A stretch of 32,000 nt of DNA from Wallemia ichthyophaga EXF-994 (Eukaryota > Fungi > Basidiomycota). Both the position numbers and the translations under genes were made by a program. The notes beneath the pieces were generated by a model. The model made no database searches, had not been told where the DNA came from, and saw only the letters and a list, made by a program, of their open reading frames with translations. Positions within the stretch are counted from its first letter, which is position 1. Every line of letters begins with the position of its first letter. This document shows, piece after piece, positions 22,164 to 31,526 of the stretch. The DNA lies in assembly GCF_000400465.1 (NCBI RefSeq), contig NW_008806281.1, positions 450,637 through 482,636 on the forward strand, written 5' to 3'.

Positions 22164-22480
22164 TTCGATGGTGAGCGTGGTAGGTCTCAATAAGTCCCAG
22201 CAACATTGGCTTAAATATTTCAAACATGTTCTAATGGTTAGTAATTGCTTGTTGTCTATGCTAATCTCCTTGGAACGCAGCGCGTATCGTACACAGGGGT
22301 TTACAGGATATCAAAATATAAATGTCATTATTCACACACAATAAAGCTAGAATCAACACCTAGTCACCCCGTTCATCTGTAGCATTCTATTATCGCGATC
22401 TTCAATCACATGAAAATTTAGTGTCTCGTAGACGATAAGTGAGACAGTAAATGTATCTTGTTTCTGAGAATGTATACTCG

Positions 22481-23731
22481 CTAATACTCGCTGAAGGATG
22501 AATGTCCAGTGCTTTTTGCGTGCGCTGTTGCCATTTTCTCGCCTTCAAGTGCTTGACCACAATCGCCGCACTTGAGAGTGAAAGATGACCGTATGTGGGG
22601 TGAGTGTGGGTAATAAAAACACAACGCACTCACAGTATCCGTATAATAGCGCTTCTGGCGCAACTCCGAGGCCAATTGCTTACATGCTTCTAGTAGCGGA
22701 TCTGGAAGGTCAGGAGGAGCGGTGAAAGATGGTAAAACGGTGGTGTGGAATTCGACAGACGCGTCTGGGGATGGTGCTATAGATAGGGCGTCATAGTGAA
22801 TACCTCTGTTCGATGTGTGAGGGTTATACGCAGCACTAAACACTCAACTTACGAATACATAACAAAGATTCTGTTCTCATATTCCTCATTGTAGACGTCG
22901 TTACGGAGGGTGGCAATGTCTACAGAGATTATGCAAGTCTTGAATGCGTGGGAGAGAATTGATAGTTCAATTGCACCGCCCCAGTTCTCTGGTCTGGTGA
23001 TAGCTTCGACATATTCGGCTGGATTGTGGCTGTGAGGGAAAATAGAGTTGTTGTTAGACGGTGTATTTGAATGAAACTGAGATTTGTAGACCAAAACTCA
23101 CCCTAAAAAGGACTCATTATAAGTTTCTGGATCGCTTTGAATGGTGTTTGCAACAACTTTGTGGATTGATTAGAGTTAATAGGGTTTAAAACTTCACTCA
23201 CTCCCCCGCATCATGTAATTCTCGTCTATAGACCCAAGCAGAGCCAGCGAAATGGCGGAAAATAGACAGCTGTTATCATCAGGGACTACTCTGAGTATTA
23301 GATAGCCATCTCCCGTGTTTAGTTCGACGGAGTGACCATCGGGTGAGCGAGTGGGGGGAGTCACGGGTGTCTTAGATATTGAATTTCCAGTCTCTATATG
23401 AGCTCGCACATCACTACCTGCACTATCGCCGCCTTTATCATTCAAAATAATTTGTTCGCCACTGCTTAAACCGAAATCCAACGCGTTTTTAGTGAAATCG
23501 TTCGAATCGAATTGGAGTAAGCGTGGGGGATATCCGATGCGTACTAGGATCGCATAAGATACGAATAAAATATCAACGGCTAGCCATCCACTCACAATCC
23601 TGTCTACCAATGGCCACACCGCTGATTCCCTCAATAACCCCCAGCAACTCAATCAAACTGGATTTACTGGGAATACTAAAAATTCTCATTCCATCGGCAA
23701 ATCTCAATCGCAGCTTTATCTCGCTATCCAT
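22481..23731 (-). CDS. OTU1: OTU-family deubiquitinase Otu1/YOD1 (UBX-like, OTU and C2H2 zinc finger), about 329 aa
   Basis: IKLRLR...LRIGYPPR; VPDDNSCLF (catalytic Cys); WGGAIELSIL; SGIHYD (His/Asp); CGDC...H...GH finger. Introns 23595-23544, 23201-23157, 23101-23030, 22852-22806 and an atypical 22633-22589. Confidence 0.93.
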
Positions 23732-23750
23732 CTCTATCTCCTCGACGGTG

Positions 23751-26393
23751 ATGATCAGGAAATCATTTACACCGATTCGCCGGTGCACGCGTATGAGAAA
23801 TATTACAAACACGGCAATCAATAGGAATATCAGCTTCAGTAGTCTTCCTCGCTTCGTTGGCAGAGCTCTTCGTGTACCCATCGCAGGCGTCACTGTAGGC
23901 GGTGGCTCGTTTGCATACGCCAATTATAAATTTGAAGGTGGTTACACACTCTCCCACTATTCTCCTCTCATTTGTCCCCCAGAATTTCGCAGCAAAACTG
24001 CTAATCTTGTCGATGACGTCTCTTCTGGTTTCACTGACGCTTATCTAGCCCTGCGTGGTACCCTGCCTTCCGCCGATGGCTTCCATGAGCGCCGTGAGAG
24101 GCTCAATGAGTGGCTCAGTGGGTTTCGCGGTGGTGGTCGAGGTGGTGGTGATGATGGCAGTCCTAGTGGCAGTCGCAGTCGCAACGACAAGGGCGACCCC
24201 AACGGCAACCCTGATACTCCTCCAAACCCAGCGCTCCTCGCTGCTCTCGCTCTATCGCCAGACGACAGCAACAAGGTCAGCAACGACGACTCACAAGACT
24301 CGCAGCCAAACCTATTAATGAATCTCACACGCAAGCTCATCGAAATACGGTCCATTCTCGTCTCTATTGACCAGAGCGACAACCTCAACCTCCCCAGCAT
24401 CGTCGTCATTGGCTCGCAATCCAGCGGAAAGAGCAGCGTCCTCGAGGCAATCGTCGGCCACGAGTTCCTCCCCAAAGGCAACAACATGGTAACTCGACGT
24501 CCAATCGAGCTTACTCTAGTACATACACCCCACTCTTCCGAGGAATATGGTGAATTCCCCAGTCTGCCTTCTTTCGGCAAAGTGCAGGATTTTGCAGCCA
24601 TACAGAAAATACTTACTGACCAAAACCTCTCTGTTCCAGCCAGCCAATGTGTTTCTGACAAACCCATCGATTTGCGCATATACAGCCCACACGTGCCCGA
24701 CCTCACGCTGATTGACTTGCCGGGCTATGTACAGCTAAGTGGGATGGATCAGCCGGACGACCTTCGCGAGAGCATCAGCAGTCTCTGCGACAAGTACATT
24801 GCCCCTCCCAACGTCATTCTGGCTGTCTGCGCTGCGGACGTAGATCTCGCCAACTCGCCAGCTCTGCGTGCCAGTCGGCGTGTAGATGCACTTGGCATGC
24901 GCACTGTCGGCGTTGTCACCAAACTCGACATGGTGACACCAGACGAGGGCACTGCTATACTCACCAACCGCAAGTATCCGCTCCAGCTGGGCTACGTCGG
25001 CGTCGTGTGCAAGGCGCCCAAACGCGGCATCATCGACGTGCTCGCCGCGGACAGTAATGGGAATATGAGTGGGGCTATTATGCAGCGCGAGGAAAATTAC
25101 TTTCATAACCACTCTCAGTCATTTAGTAAACCAGGCGTACTCGTCGGCACAAACACTTTGCGTAAAAAACTTATGGAGGTGCTCGAACGTAGCATGAGTG
25201 ATAATCTCCAAGATGTTAGCACGGCTGTACAAAATGAACTCACTGACGCTTCCTACCAATTCAAAGTGGAGTACAACGACAGAAGAATGAGTCCGGAATC
25301 TTACGTCGCTCAAGTCGTAGATGGACTCAAGGTGGGATTGAGAGATGGCCAACTAAGCTTCAGTAAACCTCAAGTGAGGGAGAAACTCGAGGGCATGCTC
25401 AGCGATCGCGTCATGTATATCCTCGAACAGCTGTACTGGAATGACAAGCGACTAGCTGAGTTGAACAAACTGTCTCAAGGAGAAGTAGATCAGTATTGGA
25501 CGCAGAAAGCAGACGCTGCACGCTCACTATTAACTAAAAGCGGAATAGGCAGGGATTCGTCTACACTCGTAGCTGATGGTTTGAGGGGGTTGGTTGAGGT
25601 GTTGACGACTGACTCGCCCTACTCATACCACTCGGAGGCAGCACAACGAATCAGAGAATTCTCATACGAGATTCTGCGATCTCGCTTGAGCGCGACTAGT
25701 GACCAGGTCGAGAACGCACTGAAGCCGTTCAAATTCGAGGTGGAGACGGAAGACAAAGAGTGGAACATGGGACGGCGGCATGCGATATCCGCATTGGATA
25801 AAGAGCATGAAGCATGTAATGCGAAACTGAGTGAGATACGCCAGAGGGTGGGTGGATATCGCAAGCTGAAAAGCATCATCAGTTATATTGAGCAAGTGGA
25901 GGATGGCAGTATGACCCAAAAGAGTGGGAAAGAGGGAGAACCTGCGTGGAAGTTGGCCTACAACCCCGCACACCTAGTAGAAGCACGACAAGCAATGTTG
26001 TTAGGGGAAAGACTCGCAATACTCAAGCTGAGAAAGTCAACCCTTCAATCATCGCAGTGTAAGTATGGAAAGGGAGTAGAGACACGCTGTCCCGAGGCTT
26101 TCTTGACGGTAGTTAGTGAGAAACTGGCATATACCTCATCGTTATTCCTGCAAATTGAGCTCCTGCAGACGTTTTTTGACCAGTTCCCACGAGAGATTGA
26201 TTCGCGACTGATGTATGACCTGGATAGACAGGCTATCAGTAATTTCGCGCGGGAAAACCCATCTGTGCGCGCGCACCTCGACCTGCAAGAGAAAAAGGAT
26301 AAACTGGAGGATGTGATGCGAAGGTTAGAGACATTAATGCACGCGAAAGAGGCACAAGCACCCTCGAGTAGGCGTAAATATAGTTTGTTTTGA
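23751..26393 (+). CDS. MGM1: Mitochondrial dynamin-like GTPase Mgm1 (OPA1 counterpart), about 865 aa
   Basis: Arg-rich presequence; ISFSSLPRFVGRALRVP.AG...GGGSFAYANYKFE|EF; second hydrophobic patch; G1 GSQSSGKSS, G2 VTRRP, G3 DLPGY, G4 TKLD; C-terminal FARENP.VR.HLDLQEKK. In-frame 45-nt intron 23938-23982. Track ORF sequence upstream of 23751 is OTU1 antisense. Confidence 0.93.
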   Translation: MIRKSFTPIRRCTRMRNITNTAINRNISFSSLPRFVGRALRVPIAGVTVGGGSFAYANYKFEGGYTLSHYSPLICPPEFRSKTANLVDDVSSGFTDAYLALRGTLPSADGFHERRERLNEWLSGFRGGGRGGGDDGSPSGSRSRNDKGDPNGNPDTPPNPALLAALALSPDDSNKVSNDDSQDSQPNLLMNLTRKLIEIRSILVSIDQSDNLNLPSIVVIGSQSSGKSSVLEAIVGHEFLPKGNNMVTRRPIELTLVHTPHSSEEYGEFPSLPSFGKVQDFAAIQKILTDQNLSVPASQCVSDKPIDLRIYSPHVPDLTLIDLPGYVQLSGMDQPDDLRESISSLCDKYIAPPNVILAVCAADVDLANSPALRASRRVDALGMRTVGVVTKLDMVTPDEGTAILTNRKYPLQLGYVGVVCKAPKRGIIDVLAADSNGNMSGAIMQREENYFHNHSQSFSKPGVLVGTNTLRKKLMEVLERSMSDNLQDVSTAVQNELTDASYQFKVEYNDRRMSPESYVAQVVDGLKVGLRDGQLSFSKPQVREKLEGMLSDRVMYILEQLYWNDKRLAELNKLSQGEVDQYWTQKADAARSLLTKSGIGRDSSTLVADGLRGLVEVLTTDSPYSYHSEAAQRIREFSYEILRSRLSATSDQVENALKPFKFEVETEDKEWNMGRRHAISALDKEHEACNAKLSEIRQRVGGYRKLKSIISYIEQVEDGSMTQKSGKEGEPAWKLAYNPAHLVEARQAMLLGERLAILKLRKSTLQSSQCKYGKGVETRCPEAFLTVVSEKLAYTSSLFLQIELLQTFFDQFPREIDSRLMYDLDRQAISNFARENPSVRAHLDLQEKKDKLEDVMRRLETLMHAKEAQAPSSRRKYSLF

Positions 26394-26464
26394 ATGTTAC
26401 CTAATAGATATCCCCAATCCGTTCTTGGCAGATTACGGTCATCACAACGGTCATCATATAAGAA

Positions 26465-27542
26465 ATGTCGTGGAATGGATTTAAAAAGTCTATGAACAGG
26501 GCGTGAGTGTGGGAGTATAAGCTCTGTGCTGATTACTAATGCTGAGCGTTTAGTGGCACAACAATGATGCAGAAGGTATTCAGGGGAAGTGGCACGGAGA
26601 ACATACGACTAAGAAAGCGCACAGGTTGGCCAAATAGAGAGAACCAATGACAGCGAGTGGTCAGAGCTCGAAGCCAGATTCAAAGTGTGAGTTGGTGGGC
26701 TGTGATAGCTAGGGCACTCACCTGACGCACTACAGATACGAGAAAGAGTCTACGGGACTTCAAAAAGAGGCAAAAGGCTACTTGGATAGCATGAGAGGTG
26801 GGCTGGTTGCATAAAGTAAGCTGCACGCTCACACCACCTCCAGCAATGACGGCGGCTCAGGCTAGAATCGCCGAAACAGTAGAATCATTCTACACAGACT
26901 CAAACGAGGAGGCTATGGCTGGGCACGCGTACAAGAGAGCTGTTGAAGACCTCGATACAAAGACAGGAAGGGAGCTGGATGCTCCGTACAGAACAACCGT
27001 CCTCGAGCCAATACAGAAGCTGTGTGCATACTTCCCCAACACGAATCAAGCTATTAGCAAGAGACATAAGAAGGTGGCTGTTGATGATATTAAGTGGTTT
27101 ATCATGCTGACAAGTTTACCAGCTCCTCGACTACGATGCAGCCAGAACTAAAGTACGGAAATTAACAGAGAAGCCTTCAAATGACGCAAGCGCATTACCA
27201 AGAGCACAACGGGAAATGGATATGTGCGAGAACGCGTACATAGCCCTGAATGACGAATTGAAGGACATAATGCCACAGATGCTCGACCTGAGAATACCAT
27301 ACCTCGACCCATCATTCGAGGCGATGGTGAGGTTGCAATCCAAGTTCAGTCAGGAGGGTTACGAAAAGCTCGGTGGTGTACAGAGGTACTTTACAGACAA
27401 CGTCAGAGACGATTACGCAAATGGAAGTTTGGATGCGGAGGTTAGTGTGTTTAGCATGGGGATAACAAATTCTAATACATAAACGCAGGTGGAGAACAGC
27501 CTACAAGAAATGAAGGATTTGACTATCGTTGGATTGAGCTGA
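26465..27542 (+). CDS. RVS161: N-BAR protein Rvs161/Hob3 (amphiphysin), about 261 aa, 7 exons
   Basis: MSWNGFKKSMNRA|GTTMMQK|VGQIERTND...AKGYLDSMR|AMTAAQ...KK|LLDYDA...YLDPSFEAMVRLQ. Introns 26503-26553, 26576-26624, 26687-26735, 26798-26843, 27074-27122, 27441-27488. No SH3 domain. Confidence 0.94.
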
Positions 27543-27565
27543 GTGTCTTCTCACTTCAACTCCCA

Positions 27566-28246
27566 ATGCTTAAATTACGAAAATTTAAATCTTTAAAGAA
27601 ATCTTTCAATTATATAAAGCAGATTGATAAATCAAATAAACATTTCTTATTGGTTGAGTTGCTCAGGCTCGCTAGGATTTCCGGGCAGCTCAACCTGCTT
27701 CATGATATAAGCACGGAGTACTTGAGCAATTACAGCCACTCAAACGCGTACTATCACGCTCTCCACGGCTACAGGCCACGGCAATCACCAATCAGCCTTT
27801 TCAATATGAAATTCAACCGCCTCCTGCAGGAATCCAAGTTGCGAGGCAATGATCATATCAACTACAGTCTGTCTCTCCTCAATACGCATTCAGAATACGA
27901 TAGGGTGACGCTTAATATATTCATTAAACACACACTTCGCTGGTCGTTGCCTTCTCGCTCGCTTTGGGAGCTCTACTACCTCGTTATGGTCCGGGAAGGC
28001 CACAGAAACGCAACATTACCGCCTGGGATACACATGCAATTTAATACACGCCACCACACCAATAAATCCAAGCTAGAATACCTCCTCCACTCATCCTCCA
28101 AGCATCCACTCAACTACACAAGGCATACGCACATATTATACAAGTATTTCATACGATCGTTCAAGTTTAATAAGGATACTGTCGGCTATAATCATTTGCT
28201 GGCTTGTTCATCGACGGCCTTGAAGTCTATGCATACGGGGACGTGA
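27566..28246 (+). CDS. Hypothetical basic helical protein, possibly mitochondrial and PPR-like, 226 aa
   Basis: Intact 681-nt ORF filling the gap between two conserved genes. Lys-rich N-terminus without acidic residues; YDRVTLNIFIK and LYKYFIRSF resemble degenerate PPR helices (inference). Confidence 0.55.
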   Translation: MLKLRKFKSLKKSFNYIKQIDKSNKHFLLVELLRLARISGQLNLLHDISTEYLSNYSHSNAYYHALHGYRPRQSPISLFNMKFNRLLQESKLRGNDHINYSLSLLNTHSEYDRVTLNIFIKHTLRWSLPSRSLWELYYLVMVREGHRNATLPPGIHMQFNTRHHTNKSKLEYLLHSSSKHPLNYTRHTHILYKYFIRSFKFNKDTVGYNHLLACSSTALKSMHTGT

Positions 28247-29247
28247 TCCGACGCGCCATACACCTCCATCCTGATCACCACATCCTCCACACGCCCCATC
28301 AAACCTCTCGAGACCACACAACTGTCGATACGCCAGCCAATACCTTTAGACCTAGCATCGAATCTATATCCAAAATATGTATATTGCCCGACGTTATCGG
28401 GGTGCTTATAGAATCAATTTCAGCATGTGCATTATCTTATAAGAAACATTACTCACCAGCTCCTTCCACGCATCGACAAACTTATCTGAAAGCTGCTCTT
28501 TGTAGCCATTCACCTCAGTCTCTGTCCACCCTGCCGATTTATTCCAATTACTCTCGTCATTGCGGATATCTTTGCTATCGTGGCAGACGTTCAAATCTCC
28601 GAGCCACACCACGCTCTTCTTTTCATTTAGATCGTGAAGATACGTTTTAAACGCAGAGTTCCAAGCTACCTTATCGTCCATCGCCTTCAATCCCTGTCCT
28701 GCATTGGGGACATAAGTGCCTATCACAAACTTATCCTCGAACTCGAGTGTAATGATACGTCCACGAGTGCTGTCCTGATTTGGATGCGTTGGGAGAATTG
28801 TCTCCACATTGCGCGCTTCCTCACCATTCCACAAAACCGCAATCCCCGCGTATCCCTTCTTCGTACTGCCTGTCCAAACCGAATGCTTGTAATTACTCTT
28901 GAGAATTTCGTCGTTCGGTTCTTTGTCAATTTTGGTCTCTGTCAATACGAGTAGATCTGCAGGCTCAGCGTTGATATATCTGTGCATTCCCTGCGCGTCC
29001 CTATGAGCAAACGGCACGCATAGCAGATATTCTTACCTACCTTCTTTACTGACGCGTTGTATCCCGCTATATTCCAGCACGTCATACGCGTCACGCCTTC
29101 GCCTTTCTCATACGCTCCCAACTCTTCCGGCAGCTGCTTATTTACTGGCTGCGTAGGGTCTAGTGGCTTCACTGGCTCTTTCGCCTTACTTTTCTTCGTT
29201 TCTGGTGCTTTCTTATCGTCGCCGTCCGCCTTACGCTTGGGTGGCAT
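28192..29247 (-). CDS. Exonuclease III / APEX1-type AP endonuclease, about 317 aa
   Basis: MPPKRK NLS-like start; CWNIAG, LTETK, YAG.AV, TYVPNAG, WLGDLNVCH, YTYFGYRF.AR.K..GWRID, GASDHVP. Introns 29040-28991 (50 nt) and 28456-28405 (52 nt); stop TGA 28194-2. No Apn2-type C-terminal zinc finger. Confidence 0.92.
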
Positions 29248-29743
29248 TCGGATTGTCAGTCGTTGGAGTTGAAAAGGAAACACGCGTGGGACGTGACAAT
29301 GTAAATGGCGTACAACTCGTCCAATGGCCACACTTATCTTGATCATCACTCTCACTGCCCGCCAACTGACTTGCGCTCTCCACGCCAAGAATATTTCATC
29401 TATTCAAACTCTTTTTGCCCACCTACTAAATTGCTAACCCATGCGATTTCGGCGTCAAGGGCTTGAAGAGTGCTAAGTTTTCGATAAGACGGCATACGAG
29501 GACTCTCTTTGTGGAATCAAAGCGTTTGATGCTGTCCATGCATAATGCAGTCCGAGCGTTTTAGCCGATTACATATTAACGATATAATTTGGTGATATGA
29601 ATTGGTGCTTGAAATGGCTTAGTCGTTGAATCGCTCGGAGTAATCACTGGCAACTTATAAACGCAATGACAATTGGTGATATTAACCTAAAGTCACATAA
29701 AACTTTCATGGCACCGGAGAAATTTCCATGAATCACCTCACTA

Positions 29744-30085
29744 TTTCAAACACTCATGGTAGATTTGAAATTCACAAACGCTATCGGTCAAATAGAAGCA
29801 GCCAATGTCACCCCGTGTGGTGATTGCTGTGTCAAGTACGAGACTGACGATGGTCCTGGAAACCTGGACAACGGAACATACACCGGACCATTAGGAGATC
29901 AGCCGTGTTCGGATGATGCTCCCGAATACGCGAAGATACGCGACGGAATCTTGCTCACTACTGGAAATTGTAATGGAACATTCGTCGCAGACTGTGGCTA
30001 GTATGTTAACTTTCACAGGCTTTCCTATACTAAAGTTTATCAGCATCAGAACAGTTCGAAACTACCTCGGACCAACTTCCTCTGC
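29744..30085 (+). repeat. Direct repeat copy 1 (342 bp, identical to 31185-31526)
   Basis: By-eye comparison shows no mismatch over 342 nt at offset 1441; about 20 nt of partial similarity continues on the right. Confidence 0.92.
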
Positions 30086-30152
30086 CACACGCAAAATACC
30101 CAAAGCCTTATCATTGCTCGTCGTGATGACAATCTCCTTGTCATTGATATAA
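29756..30152 (+). CDS. Small Cys-rich protein (81 aa unspliced to 30001; 117 aa with hydrophobic C-tail if intron 30001-30043 is spliced); may be a gene fragment
   Basis: Six Cys and three N-x-T sequons. The stop TAG overlaps a GTATGT donor; acceptor TATCAG at 30043 restores the frame to YIRTVRNYLGPTSSATRKIPKALSLLVVMTISLSLI*. Confidence 0.45.
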
Positions 30153-31156
30153 AAATGTCGCGATAAATTGTAAGCATCAATTCTAAGTGTCTATATGTAC
30201 CTTCTGATTGCCTTACCCATGATAACCGTCTCGGCTAGCTAGTTTGTTCAAAAGACTGCAAATATACTTACTTTTTTGGGTGTCTTAAATAATTATATTA
30301 TCATACTACAATGTAAGGTGCAAACTCGCTCATTGTGTAGTAGCTTTACGTCAAAATGCCACATCACTCTTTTTGGTAATAGAACTCAGATCTACAAATA
30401 AAGAGGACTAGATATTATGATTGATCATTTCTTCACATTCAGGAAGATCTAGGCATGCGTCTTCACACCTTAACGGCTTTTCAGATAAGCTTGCTAAGTT
30501 GGTCAATTCCCAATTTGCCATTTAGGCAAGTCCTTGCAACTAATACAAAGTAATGGGTGAAAGCATTAACATCAGAACTGTAAGTGTATTTATCCTCATT
30601 AGTCGATTCTTTGATAATGGAGCGTAACACTAAGTTCAATTAAATATTTTGTGCACGTACGATAAAAAAATCTACATCCAGACAAAAAAATAAATTGATT
30701 TTTTTCGGAAATCTTCAAATCAGACATTTTGTCACTCGTGAAAGTGGGTGTTGAGATGGTTGTTTGTATACTGATAGCTTATATTAAGGATTCCATTGGA
30801 CAATTGCCGTCGATCAATAATGCGAAGAAAAACTGTGCCACTTAAAAACTCGATATCTGATATGCATTTAATTAAAAAATTTTAGTTTGCTAGTTGTAAT
30901 AAAAGCTTGTACCTGAACGGTTAAGCCACTTTATTAAATTTTAAAACTGATGATGAATGCTAAAAGATAGCTTTTAAGAGCAACTCGATATACACAGTAA
31001 CTTTGGTAAGCTTTATGATAGAGTGAGACTCTTGGTTGTTTTGATAAGTGACTCCTGGTTGGTTTGCTAAGTGAGTTCAGCGGAGCAAACAGGGGCACTG
31101 TCAGTAATCAAAAGACTCCGCTTTGAAAGATTTCATCGGATAATGCATCGATAGCC

Positions 31157-31163
31157 TATAAAT
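31157..31163 (+). promoter_or_regulatory. Candidate TATA box upstream of repeat copy 2
   Basis: TATAAAT 34 nt before ATG 31197, outside the duplicated segment. Confidence 0.3.
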
Positions 31164-31184
31164 TAGGAATATCTAAGGCATTTC

Positions 31185-31526
31185 TTTCAAACACTCATGG
31201 TAGATTTGAAATTCACAAACGCTATCGGTCAAATAGAAGCAGCCAATGTCACCCCGTGTGGTGATTGCTGTGTCAAGTACGAGACTGACGATGGTCCTGG
31301 AAACCTGGACAACGGAACATACACCGGACCATTAGGAGATCAGCCGTGTTCGGATGATGCTCCCGAATACGCGAAGATACGCGACGGAATCTTGCTCACT
31401 ACTGGAAATTGTAATGGAACATTCGTCGCAGACTGTGGCTAGTATGTTAACTTTCACAGGCTTTCCTATACTAAAGTTTATCAGCATCAGAACAGTTCGA
31501 AACTACCTCGGACCAACTTCCTCTGC
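31185..31526 (+). repeat. Direct repeat copy 2 (342 bp)
   Basis: Identical to 29744-30085. Confidence 0.92.

Noticed and set aside
23523-23750. Apparent 76-aa N-terminal extension of Mgm1 in the track
   Set aside because: It starts at a non-ATG codon and is the antisense of OTU1 exon 1 and intron 1.
13157-29247. Possible DNA-repair cluster (ligase plus AP endonuclease), or mitosis cluster (Chm7 plus kinesin-5)
   Set aside because: Unrelated housekeeping genes lie between them; co-location is expected at this gene density.
236-29388. Many 60-250 aa track ORFs antisense to or frameshifted within identified genes (for example 352-1011, 5251-5778, 7587-8339, 15004-15681)
   Set aside because: They shadow recognisable conserved CDSs in GC-rich or low-complexity sequence and show no family motifs.
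29705-29732. TTCATGG...CCATGAA inverted repeat just before repeat copy 1, as a transposon end
   Set aside because: Only a 7-bp stem, not repeated at copy 2, with no target-site duplication or transposase.
30195-30400. MYLLIALPMITVSAS* signal-peptide-like mini-ORF followed by Cys-containing frames (possible decayed secreted peptide gene)
   Set aside because: It needs stop read-through or a frameshift; too short to distinguish from chance in AT-rich DNA.
30950-31075. Box C-like ATGATGA (snoRNA?) and a degenerate 23-25 nt tandem repeat containing TGACTC at 31022-31075
   Set aside because: No box D (CTGA) at a suitable distance. The repeat has only two imperfect units and is not CRISPR-like.
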